Shown here in pieces: positions 18,091 through 26,287 of a DNA stretch of 64,000 nt (its first letter is position 1; each line of letters starts with the position of its first letter). Under the pieces are notes generated by a model. It was not told the DNA's origin. It was given only the letters and a program-made list of their open reading frames with translations, and made no database searches. The stretch is taken from positions 1,664-65,663 of the IMG/VR virus record IMGVR_UViG_3300017776_000007; one strand, 5' to 3'. Both the position numbers and the translations under genes were made by a program. Source of the DNA: a virus (taxonomy: Duplodnaviria > Caudoviricetes).

Positions 18091-19931
18091 AATATATTAC
18101 TTCGATATGGACTACAATAGTTCTAATAGCATGTATTCTTTTTGTAAGAATAAATGATCCTGAATTCTTACAACAGATCAGACTAACAGTCTTTGATCAA
18201 TATATAAACACACTACCAGAAAAACATTCAGACCAAGTTGTTCTCTTAAATATTGGAGAAGAATCCCTTGGAGAATTTGGCCAGTATCCCTTTCCTCGTC
18301 AGCAGTATGCACAATTAATATCCGATTTAAGAAATGCCAATGCAGGTATGATAGGGTTTACTATTATGTTTCCAGAGGCAGATAGGTTTGGTGGGGATGA
18401 AGTCTTTGCGTCATGGGTAAAAGATAATGGGATTATACTCTCACAAGATGCAGATAATAGTGGGAGAAGTTCAAAGGCTCCCTATGTAGGTACTGCTGTA
18501 TTTGGTAGTGGAGATCCTTTAAACCATGTAATTCGATATAATGGACTTGTAACAAATATATCTGAAATAGAAGAAGGTGCCTGGGGCCATGGATTAATCA
18601 ACGCTATGCCAGAAGTTGATGGAGTGGTAAGACGAATACCTCTAATCTCTCAAATAAATGAAGAATTATATCCATCATTTGCACTAGAAATGATACGAGT
18701 GTTAAACGAGAAAATATCTTATACGGTAAAGGTTAACGAAGTAGGGTTAGAAGAAATCATATTGCGACCTTTCAGAATATCAACTGATGTGAATGGCTCG
18801 ATCTGGATTAATCCTAGATACCATTTTCAGGATATAGAATATACTTCTGATCCTCTTCCGAATCTACAGGGTAAGACTGTACTTGTGGGTCTAACTGCAA
18901 AAGGTCTTGCATCTCAGATTCCAACTTCTCAAGGATTAAAATCGGCTCATCAGATTCAAGCATCTGCGATTCAGACGATAATAAATGGGGATCAGATAAC
19001 CCGTCCTCTTTGGGCTGATATTGTGGAGATTGGTCTATCTCTGATTGGGGCTTTATTGATCGTAGGAGCAGTTTATTATCTTCCGATTTGGAGTAGTGGT
19101 TTAATCTTCTTTGCCGTTGTTGGGTTATCATCCTACGGCGCATTGTTTTTCTGGAACGAATTTGGATATCTCCTTGACCTTAGTTATTCACTAATATTAT
19201 ATATACTTTCGTTCACTTCAGCATCGTTTAATAATTTCTATAAACAGTTTGCACTCAGACAACAAATTAAGAAACAGTTCGGAACCTATCTATCACCTGA
19301 TATGGTTTATATGTTACAGAAGGATCCTTCACTACTAGCACTTGGAGGTGAAAGAAAAGAGATGTCGTTCTTATTTATGGATATCTGTGGGTTCACCCCC
19401 ATCAGTGAGCACTATAAGAATAACGACGATCCCGAAGGATTGGTAGAATTGGTCAACGAATTCTTAGATTCCATGACAAAAATCATACTTAATAACGGCG
19501 GAACAATAGATAAGTATATGGGAGATTGTATTATGGCATTCTGGAATGCCCCTATCCCATGTGAGAATCATGCTGAGATGGCCGTTAAATCATCAATAGA
19601 AATAGAGGCTAAAACAAATGAACTTAAAGAAATATATAAGGCAAGAGGTCTTCCTGATATTAATGTCGGTACTGGCATTAACACCGGCGATTGCATTGTT
19701 GGTAACATGGGTTCTGAATCCAGATTCGATTACTCAGTCATTGGAGATGCAGTCAACCTTGCAGCCCGTCTCGAGGCCACTGCCGCTCGGCACGAGTATG
19801 TAGAATATAAGACAATCATATCATCATTCACCCGAGACCAGTTACCTGAACAGTATAAGTGTGAAGAAATTGGTAACATAAAGGTAAAAGGCAAAGACGA
19901 ACTTATAACCATTTATTCTCCTAAGTTATAA
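18087..19931 (+). CDS. CHASE2-domain class III adenylate cyclase
   Basis: N-terminal TM, CHASE2 (GQYPFPR, DGVVRRIPL), about 3 TM, cyclase motifs FMDICGFT, IDKYMGDCIMAFW, FDYSVIGDAVNLAARLE. Confidence 0.92.
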   Translation: MKYITSIWTTIVLIACILFVRINDPEFLQQIRLTVFDQYINTLPEKHSDQVVLLNIGEESLGEFGQYPFPRQQYAQLISDLRNANAGMIGFTIMFPEADRFGGDEVFASWVKDNGIILSQDADNSGRSSKAPYVGTAVFGSGDPLNHVIRYNGLVTNISEIEEGAWGHGLINAMPEVDGVVRRIPLISQINEELYPSFALEMIRVLNEKISYTVKVNEVGLEEIILRPFRISTDVNGSIWINPRYHFQDIEYTSDPLPNLQGKTVLVGLTAKGLASQIPTSQGLKSAHQIQASAIQTIINGDQITRPLWADIVEIGLSLIGALLIVGAVYYLPIWSSGLIFFAVVGLSSYGALFFWNEFGYLLDLSYSLILYILSFTSASFNNFYKQFALRQQIKKQFGTYLSPDMVYMLQKDPSLLALGGERKEMSFLFMDICGFTPISEHYKNNDDPEGLVELVNEFLDSMTKIILNNGGTIDKYMGDCIMAFWNAPIPCENHAEMAVKSSIEIEAKTNELKEIYKARGLPDINVGTGINTGDCIVGNMGSESRFDYSVIGDAVNLAARLEATAARHEYVEYKTIISSFTRDQLPEQYKCEEIGNIKVKGKDELITIYSPKL

Positions 19932-19980
19932 CGTTATTCCAAAATATTCTAAAAAAATACAATTATTTTTAATAAATGTG

Positions 19981-20008
19981 TTGACAAACTGGTTGAGCAT
20001 GATATAAT
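19981..20008 (+). promoter_or_regulatory. Early sigma70 promoter
   Basis: GTG-TTGACA(19981)-16 bp-TATAAT(20003), extended -10. Confidence 0.8.
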
Positions 20009-20039
20009 ATACCTATATTAAATGATAAGGAGTTTAATT

Positions 20040-20201
20040 ATGACAGATACCGAAATCAAAGATTTTTTCCCAATCTTGGATGCACTACGTGATAGTGGTG
20101 CAATGAACATGTTTGGTGCACCCCGTTGGTTAATAGACAATATGGATATAACCAAACAAGATGCAAAAACTGTTTTCCTTGCTTGGTTAAAAACATGCTA
20201 G
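20040..20201 (+). CDS. Small early protein (53 aa; not in ORF track)
   Basis: TGATAAGGAG SD; MTDTEIKDFFPILDALRDSGAMNMFGAPRWL... Confidence 0.75.
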   Translation: MTDTEIKDFFPILDALRDSGAMNMFGAPRWLIDNMDITKQDAKTVFLAWLKTC

Positions 20202-20590
20202 ACATTGTCATTACTTCCCACATCAAACATAAGAATGACGTATATGATTATGTTTGGGACATCTGTAAAGACCTTAAAATACACAGGTTGAATCGAGATA
20301 TAACAATCAAATATAAATCAAGACTAGAAGATGATGCCTGGGGCTGGGCCGTAGGTGATACCGACGAATGCGACATTGAAATTAATCGTAGTATAGAATG
20401 GCATCAGCAATTGATAACCTTAGCCCACGAATTGGTTCATGCAAAACAATATTTCAGAAAAGAACTTGATGCATCGTTTGCATGGAAAGGAAGAAATTGG
20501 AAAAAGTGTGCATACGAATGGCAACCATGGGAGCGACAAGCACACGCTCTAGAGCTTAAACTTTATAAAAAGCATTGGTTGGGATTATAA
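20195..20590 (+). CDS. HExxH zinc metallopeptidase-like protein
   Basis: TLAHELVHAKQ and PWERQA motifs. Confidence 0.75.
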   Translation: MLDIVITSHIKHKNDVYDYVWDICKDLKIHRLNRDITIKYKSRLEDDAWGWAVGDTDECDIEINRSIEWHQQLITLAHELVHAKQYFRKELDASFAWKGRNWKKCAYEWQPWERQAHALELKLYKKHWLGL

Positions 20591-20630
20591 TGTTACATTT
20601 GTGTTACAACTTTGTAACATTTATGAAACT
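20591..20630. promoter_or_regulatory. Four heptamers in 11-bp phase, candidate transcription-factor operator
   Basis: TGTTACA(20591), TGTTACA(20602), TGTAACA(20613), TGAAACT(20624). Confidence 0.55.
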
Positions 20631-20645
20631 TTTTAAAAAAAAGTG

Positions 20646-20674
20646 TTGACAAATGGTGCTAGATAGGTTATAAT
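20646..20674 (+). promoter_or_regulatory. Early sigma70 promoter
   Basis: AAAAAAAAGTG-TTGACA(20646)-17 bp-TATAAT(20669). Confidence 0.88.
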
Positions 20675-20706
20675 AGTACCATAATTAAGTGATAAGGAGT
20701 TAAATT

Positions 20707-21213
20707 ATGAAAAAGATTGTTATTAATACCCAGTATATGGAAAACTATGGGGATTCTTTAAACCCATACATGAAGTTCAAAGGTGGTTCCACCTATGTCG
20801 TCAATACCCTCAATGACGGTATTACGGAGAACGAAGTAGCTACAATCGTGGCTCAGGTTCGTCCCCTAATTCAAATGACTATGGCCGACACGAATGGCGG
20901 CTGTGAGGAATACATTATTGACTTCCAAGTGTATGACACTATAGGTGAGGCATGTATTCCAGAGTGGGAAACAATTACCGAACTTTGGTTTGATGACAAG
21001 CCAGGTGGTGGGTCATGGAAGGCTCTCAAGGTCACTGACAACAGAGACAATGGTTGGATGAGGAAAGAAATCCTTGAAAAGACCGAGGCCTGGACTTGTG
21101 GTTTGGCCCAAGAAAGGAGTGACTATTCCGTTTCATTCCTCTTGGAAGACGGCGACATTGTCGATAGTAATAACGAACTTAAAGAATGGTTAGATGCCAA
21201 GGAGGCAGCGTAA
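20707..21213 (+). CDS. Early hypothetical protein
   Basis: TGATAAGGAG SD; TQYMENYG...KFKGGSTY motif. Confidence 0.75.
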   Translation: MKKIVINTQYMENYGDSLNPYMKFKGGSTYVVNTLNDGITENEVATIVAQVRPLIQMTMADTNGGCEEYIIDFQVYDTIGEACIPEWETITELWFDDKPGGGSWKALKVTDNRDNGWMRKEILEKTEAWTCGLAQERSDYSVSFLLEDGDIVDSNNELKEWLDAKEAA

Positions 21214-21416
21214 TGAAGAATAAACTAAAAGGAATTTTATACGGTACTATTTTAGGAGTACTATTCGGATATGGTTTACATCTTGGGTTTTCAATACCCG
21301 AGGTTCAAATGAGCCATTCAACTGGCGAGTGTGTTAAGGTTATTAACTTTCATAAGGACGACCACTTTACTTGCGAAAATCTTCCCTCTCGTTATAACCA
21401 CGTGTGGGTTAAATGA
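21213..21416 (+). CDS. Small membrane-anchored hypothetical protein
   Basis: AAGGAGG SD, N-terminal TM, two Cys. Confidence 0.65.
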   Translation: MKNKLKGILYGTILGVLFGYGLHLGFSIPEVQMSHSTGECVKVINFHKDDHFTCENLPSRYNHVWVK

Positions 21417-21712
21417 TTAGGGTTCTACAAGAAATAACCGACTGGGGTGATTTAAAAATTGCCAATGGCATATATTATGTTAATGAGCATGGTCATCTTG
21501 TTCAACACAACGATAAGGTATTTAAAACACCTATGAAACAATTTTCTACAGCACGTAGAAAGTTTAAGGAACTTCGTGTCATTGATAATGGCAATTCAGG
21601 CACACCAGTAAAGGGATCCAAGGGGAATACATACTATATTAAAAATGGTAAATGTACTTGCCCTGGGTTTAAATTTAGAGGGACTTGTAAACATTTAAAG
21701 GAGGCGGCATAG
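21413..21712 (+). CDS. SWIM zinc-finger protein
   Basis: GSKGNTY...CTCPGFKFRGTCKH. Confidence 0.8.
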   Translation: MIRVLQEITDWGDLKIANGIYYVNEHGHLVQHNDKVFKTPMKQFSTARRKFKELRVIDNGNSGTPVKGSKGNTYYIKNGKCTCPGFKFRGTCKHLKEAA

Positions 21713-21921
21713 TGAATTCAAGAGCACCTTATATCGCATGGTCGGTAATAGTACCAGCACTCAACACCGAGGCAATGTCCAGTGTAGGGCTTCTTGCCTC
21801 ATGTTCTAATCCAAAAGAAATTCCACCCCCACGTGGATATGTATCCAATCATAAACAAGAAATGATAGTGGTAGACGAAGACGGTAAAAAATATAAAATA
21901 ACCGTACAAGATATAGCATGA
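21712..21921 (+). CDS. Hypothetical protein
   Basis: GTG start after AAGGAGG; coupled on both sides. Confidence 0.55.
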   Translation: MNSRAPYIAWSVIVPALNTEAMSSVGLLASCSNPKEIPPPRGYVSNHKQEMIVVDEDGKKYKITVQDIA

Positions 21922-22967
21922 AAATATTAATGCCCTATAAGGCAGATCGAGGTTTTAATTTATCGGAAGATAAAGTAACCGGTGGCATAGAAAAATTTAT
22001 ATCAGATGTTAATAATAACTTTGATGTGATACCCGTGCGTCTACCTTTAGGTCATTCCAAATTTAATGGAAAGAATCGTAAACAAATTATGGCAGAAGCA
22101 ATTGCCAAATATAACCCAGACCTAATTTTTCTAAACAGTATTGAATTAACCAGAGGAATGCTACGACATGGTATTCCAATTGTTGCTATTTTTCATATAG
22201 GAATAGAAAAGGGTATTACACTTTTAAGCAGTTTACCAGCACTTCAAATGTTAACAGATGAAGGACATCATATTTACTTTGTAAGTGAACATCAATATAA
22301 TTTCTGGAATAAACACTCAAAAAGATTAAATCATCCATTTGAGATTAAAGGGTATATTAACCCATCATACGTTTCAAATACCAATAATGTATCGGATATT
22401 AAATATGATGTGGCCACAATAGGTAGGTGTTCAACATGGAAAAAGCCGTTTTTATTACATAACAAGAGTAAGGATAACCTTTCTAGTTTAGTTATAACAA
22501 CTGCACCTAACGAATCTAGCATGCAAAAGGAGTTAGATTACTACCAGAATAACCTTAATTGGTCACCACCCCAAACAACAATATGGGACTTACCCCACAC
22601 CCAAGTAATAAAAGAAATAAGTAAGGCATCTGTTTATTGCTCAACTTGCCCCGATGAATCGTACGGTATCACCTCGCTAGAGGCGTTATCTCAAGGATTA
22701 CCTATTATACTATTATGTGATAAAACTATGAATCATGCGAGCGAATGCATTCCAGCTAGTAGTACGCATTATGTGAAGTTATCAAATAAGTGTAGTTCCG
22801 ATGAATTTAAAGAAGCAGTAGATTCACTACAAGTGCTAGATCGAGCAGAGATTGCCGATATGACTAGGGAAAAACATTCATTGGAGAATTGGGAGAGGTC
22901 TATACAAACTATATTTGATAATAGACTTAATGATAAAAACATACATAATTTATTAAACTTTTTTTAA
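21918..22967 (+). CDS. GT-B glycosyltransferase (group 1 / GT4-like)
   Basis: TGGIEKF N-terminal motif, IGR, ESYGITSLEALSQGLP (E-x7-E). Confidence 0.85.
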   Translation: MKILMPYKADRGFNLSEDKVTGGIEKFISDVNNNFDVIPVRLPLGHSKFNGKNRKQIMAEAIAKYNPDLIFLNSIELTRGMLRHGIPIVAIFHIGIEKGITLLSSLPALQMLTDEGHHIYFVSEHQYNFWNKHSKRLNHPFEIKGYINPSYVSNTNNVSDIKYDVATIGRCSTWKKPFLLHNKSKDNLSSLVITTAPNESSMQKELDYYQNNLNWSPPQTTIWDLPHTQVIKEISKASVYCSTCPDESYGITSLEALSQGLPIILLCDKTMNHASECIPASSTHYVKLSNKCSSDEFKEAVDSLQVLDRAEIADMTREKHSLENWERSIQTIFDNRLNDKNIHNLLNFF

Positions 22968-22974
22968 AAAAGTG

Positions 22975-23003
22975 TTGACAAATATAAAAGTATGTGATAT
23001 AAT
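22975..23003 (+). promoter_or_regulatory. Early sigma70 promoter
   Basis: AAAAAAGTG-TTGACA(22975)-17 bp-TATAAT(22998), extended -10. Confidence 0.88.
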
Positions 23004-23035
23004 ATACATATAATTTAATGATAAGGAGTTATTTT

Positions 23036-23314
23036 ATGGATAGATTAAAACTAATCAAAGCGGCCGCAGAAAAGGCCCAAATTAAAAAGGCAATAAACGA
23101 TGTTGCCAATCGTAAGGCGGCAATCAAGGCCGAAATGAAACTTCATAAGAAGTTAACCAAATCAGTTAAAAAGGCAGAACATCAAGCGCCTAAAAGTTTA
23201 GAGGCCTTCTCAGAAGATAACCTCTATTATACCGAGAGGGAGACCCAAGACTATCTTGCTGGAACCTCTTACATGGAAACATACCAATCTATGAGGTCAC
23301 AAGATGAATACTAA
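23036..23314 (+). CDS. Early hypothetical protein (Lys/Ala-rich helix)
   Basis: TGATAAGGAG SD before ATG 23036. Confidence 0.7.
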   Translation: MDRLKLIKAAAEKAQIKKAINDVANRKAAIKAEMKLHKKLTKSVKKAEHQAPKSLEAFSEDNLYYTERETQDYLAGTSYMETYQSMRSQDEY

Positions 23315-23477
23315 AATTGACAGTGTCAGTTTAGATGTTATAGAAAAATTGGTAAAAGATTATCCCAACAATATGCAATTGGGTGAAGAAGTCAGAAAGC
23401 TGTACCATAAAATTATGGACATGCCAATTGTCGATGATGCCGGATGTGATATCAAGACAGGGAAGTTTTTAGGATGA
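23304..23477 (+). CDS. Small hypothetical protein (57 aa; not in ORF track)
   Basis: MNTKIDSVSLDVIEKLVKDYPNNMQLGEEVRKLY...; GAGG SD. Confidence 0.6.
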   Translation: MNTKIDSVSLDVIEKLVKDYPNNMQLGEEVRKLYHKIMDMPIVDDAGCDIKTGKFLG

Positions 23478-23644
23478 TGTCCATGGAACTAGCCATGAAA
23501 AGGCTAAACGCACTAACTAAGGCCGAAGAGAAAGCCACTAACCCAGACTTTAAGAAACTATGGGCCAGTAAAAGAAAAGAACTGGTAGAAATATTACAAT
23601 CAGGTAGCTCGTATGATGAGTTATCGGGAGAATACATATGCTAG
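23474..23644 (+). CDS. Small hypothetical protein (56 aa; not in ORF track)
   Basis: ATGA overlap; RLNALTKAEEKATNPDFKKLWASK. Confidence 0.6.
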   Translation: MMSMELAMKRLNALTKAEEKATNPDFKKLWASKRKELVEILQSGSSYDELSGEYIC

Positions 23645-23844
23645 AAACATTAAGTGCTTATGCAATTATGTTTGTAGTCTTAATACTGTCATATATTGGA
23701 ATACATATGACCTTTGAGAAAGACGCAAAGAAACATATCCCATTAATTTGGGAAAAAGGTGGTTTATTATATAAACTATTTTATCCAGAAAGTCAACCGT
23801 TTGACAAATCAAAAACAACATATCGTGACGGAGATAACACATGA
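23638..23844 (+). CDS. Small membrane protein
   Basis: GGAGA SD, N-terminal TM. Confidence 0.6.
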   Translation: MLETLSAYAIMFVVLILSYIGIHMTFEKDAKKHIPLIWEKGGLLYKLFYPESQPFDKSKTTYRDGDNT

Positions 23845-24080
23845 GCGATGGACAAATGAAGTATATGGAACTTAGTTCCTACTTTGAAAAGAACCGAAAG
23901 GCCGATGTAGTAAGAACAGTCGGTCTTATGGAAAATAACTATTTTGGAGTACGCTACAGTATTGATAACAACGTGCTAGGCATTGAATGGTATCCTACTA
24001 AATCTGAAGCCTACTCCGAGAGTGCAGCAGAGAATTATGTAATGGGGATTAAGGAGTACCCCTCTAATCCTGCACTTTAA
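23841..24080 (+). CDS. Hypothetical protein
   Basis: GGAG SD; KSEAYSESAAENYVMG. Confidence 0.65.
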   Translation: MSDGQMKYMELSSYFEKNRKADVVRTVGLMENNYFGVRYSIDNNVLGIEWYPTKSEAYSESAAENYVMGIKEYPSNPAL

Positions 24081-24084
24081 GTTT

Positions 24085-24150
24085 GTAAACCCTCTGATGG
24101 CCCCTTCAACTCCTTATCACACGAATGCCATCAGGGGGTTTACTTTTATT
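24085..24150 (+). terminator. Terminator-like hairpin with anti-Shine-Dalgarno loop (candidate regulatory RNA)
   Basis: 17-bp stem GTAAACCCTCTGATGGC/GCCATCAGGGGGTTTAC (one G:U), 25-nt loop containing AACTCCTTATCAC, followed by TTTTATT. Confidence 0.65.
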
Positions 24151-24167
24151 AAAAAGCGTGGTATAAT
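24139..24167 (+). promoter_or_regulatory. Early sigma70 promoter, GTTTAC-type -35
   Basis: TTTACT(24139)-17 bp-TATAAT(24162), extended -10 TG. Confidence 0.75.
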
Positions 24168-24193
24168 ATATCCATATCAATTAAGGAGTAATT

Positions 24194-25369
24194 ATGGTAA
24201 GTAAAGCATTAGAAAAGAAAAGAGTTAAGGGCAGGAAGAATCGTGTCACTATTGAAGATAAGTATTTAGGCCCAGAGCCATGGTGGGATGAGGATAATCC
24301 ACCCCCAACTGACCAGGGTGAACGAAATATTGCATGGACAAAAGGTGCCCATTGGTATAACTACTTTTATAAGGCAAAAGATTATATTCCTTTTATTATT
24401 CGTTATGCAGAAGAAGTATGTAAGTTTGATAAAAAGTCAATTGATGCAATTAAGGCATTAAGGGACTGGGAAATACAGCAAGGATGTGGCGCAGTCGCCC
24501 GATTACATTTTCGTGGATGGAACCATGAAGAGGCATTACAAGAACGAGTACTTACAGAATTAAAATCCAAAGTCGAAAAAGGTAAAGAGCTACTAAAAGA
24601 AAAGAAAGAAATTAAAAAGAATGCTCCACCTGTCATCAGTCCTGCACAAAGGGCATATATGAACATGATGGAAACTATTCATGCTGATTGGGATGAAATG
24701 GTAATCGATAGTTGGATGGATGGAAACTTTAAACCAGACTTTAATGTTTATGAATTATGGAAGAAACACGGTCTGAAAGGTAATGTGATTAATGCCTTTA
24801 AAGAAAAAGTACAAATGGAATATGATGTAATTTCTGACGCTTACAACAATAATTGTGACCAAGCCGTAGAGGCATATTCCCATATCACAAGACGAAGACA
24901 AAAGAAGATGTTGAACCTAATGGATAATGTCTTCTCCGATCTTGATAAATTAAAAGATAGTTTCAAGGCAGTAAGAATGCCAAGAGCTAAGAAACCAAAA
25001 TCAACAGATGCTCAAGTTGCAGGTTTAAAATACATGCAAGAAGACATCGAATCAAAAGTAACCTCTATTAATCCTGTACTAATACCAGGCAAAGAACACT
25101 TACTTGTATATAATGTAAAATACAGGTCACTTGCTCATTATGTCAGTACTGCTACTAAAGGGTTTGAGGTAAGAGGTACTACACTTTATAACTTTGATGA
25201 AAAATTATCAAAGGGCGCTAAATTAAGAAAACCTGAAGATGTATTACCAGATGTGTTGAAATTCACCCCCAAACAAATTGATAAAAGAATTTGGGATAAA
25301 TTAACAACGAAGATAGGTAGTCCAAACGGTCGAATAAACAAAGACTGTATACTACTTAGGGTAATATAA
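24194..25369 (+). CDS. Conserved T4-like phage protein of unknown function
   Basis: 391 aa; WYNYFY, KLRKPE, NGRIN motifs; upstream of gp33. Confidence 0.7.
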   Translation: MVSKALEKKRVKGRKNRVTIEDKYLGPEPWWDEDNPPPTDQGERNIAWTKGAHWYNYFYKAKDYIPFIIRYAEEVCKFDKKSIDAIKALRDWEIQQGCGAVARLHFRGWNHEEALQERVLTELKSKVEKGKELLKEKKEIKKNAPPVISPAQRAYMNMMETIHADWDEMVIDSWMDGNFKPDFNVYELWKKHGLKGNVINAFKEKVQMEYDVISDAYNNNCDQAVEAYSHITRRRQKKMLNLMDNVFSDLDKLKDSFKAVRMPRAKKPKSTDAQVAGLKYMQEDIESKVTSINPVLIPGKEHLLVYNVKYRSLAHYVSTATKGFEVRGTTLYNFDEKLSKGAKLRKPEDVLPDVLKFTPKQIDKRIWDKLTTKIGSPNGRINKDCILLRVI

Positions 25370-25376
25370 GGAAGGC

Positions 25377-25613
25377 ATGATTGAGCAAAAAATTATGACA
25401 AGGAAAAGGTTCTCTACTGCGGTAGAGAGTCTTGTTTCAGAAAGTAAGGGGTTGTCCTATATTGAGGCAGCTGCTTACATTATAGAAGAAAGAGGAATGG
25501 ATTTTAAAAGTCTGAACAGGCTATTATCTGATTCTCTTAAACAGAAAATCGAGGCAGAGGCCATTGATTTAAATTTACTTAGGACAAAACAGACAAATAA
25601 GTTGCCGGTATGA
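25377..25613 (+). CDS. Late-promoter transcription coactivator gp33
   Basis: SYIEA..., LKQKIEAEAIDLNLL...KLPV; gene order 33-59-32. Confidence 0.85.
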   Translation: MIEQKIMTRKRFSTAVESLVSESKGLSYIEAAAYIIEERGMDFKSLNRLLSDSLKQKIEAEAIDLNLLRTKQTNKLPV

Positions 25614-26197
25614 TGGATCCATTTGAATCTTATAAATTATATAATGCATTAAAATTGCATTTTGAAACCGACGGGTATGATGCGGTAAAGTATAATTATA
25701 AATCCAATGTTACACCACAGTCCTTTTTTAAAAGAAAGGATAAGTATTTCTTTGCTAAATTGGCAAAGAAGTATAATGGAAATTTAAAGGACTTCTACAT
25801 ATCACAATTCGTTAACACAGAATCATATGTTGGCGATATGATGGATGAAGAGGCAGATAAACATTATACAAACTATAAAAGAATTCAAGAAAGCATACAT
25901 CGTGTGTTTTCAATTGATATAAATAAACTAGGTGAACAAGAAAGGAAGTTCGATGAGCTCTTTAAGAGTTATCACGGACAACTACCCTTGGTCATCAAGT
26001 TATGGCTTCAGGATGAAATCAGTTTAGAAACTGTAGTGATTCTTGATTCCATACTGGGGTTTATAGAACGTGAATCCGATAAAATATCAGATACCATTAT
26101 ATGGCCTGATTTAAAAAGGAGAATCAATAAATATAAACCCTTCGTAAATTATACGAAAGATAAATGCATGAAGTTGTTGACAAATGTGTTTGTTTGA
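25610..26197 (+). CDS. Helicase loader gp59
   Basis: Y.ALKLHF...YD.VKYN, KRKDKYFFAKL, ISLETVVIL. Confidence 0.88.
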   Translation: MMDPFESYKLYNALKLHFETDGYDAVKYNYKSNVTPQSFFKRKDKYFFAKLAKKYNGNLKDFYISQFVNTESYVGDMMDEEADKHYTNYKRIQESIHRVFSIDINKLGEQERKFDELFKSYHGQLPLVIKLWLQDEISLETVVILDSILGFIERESDKISDTIIWPDLKRRINKYKPFVNYTKDKCMKLLTNVFV

Positions 26198-26205
26198 TGT
26201 ATAAT
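26177..26205 (+). promoter_or_regulatory. sigma70 promoter for gp32
   Basis: TTGACA(26177)-17 bp-TATAAT(26200). Confidence 0.82.
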
Positions 26206-26287
26206 ATACATATAATTATGAATAAAGTGAAATACAACAGAAACGACTACACTAGAGTCGTAATACAACGCAATACGGAGATATAAA

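Noticed and set aside
18087-19931. Pycsar/CBASS-type defence cyclase
   Set aside because: CHASE2 plus TM architecture with ATP-selecting residues and no adjacent TIR or cNMP-binding effector; fits a signalling adenylate cyclase.
19926-19975. TATTCC/TATTCT 10-bp spaced repeat upstream of the 19981 promoter
   Set aside because: Only two short AT-rich units; cannot be told apart from an UP element or chance.
20602-20619. CRP/Clr site linking phage-made cAMP to this promoter
   Set aside because: Not TGTGA-N6-TCACA, and the half-site spacing is wider than the Clr box as I recall it; kept only as a generic operator.
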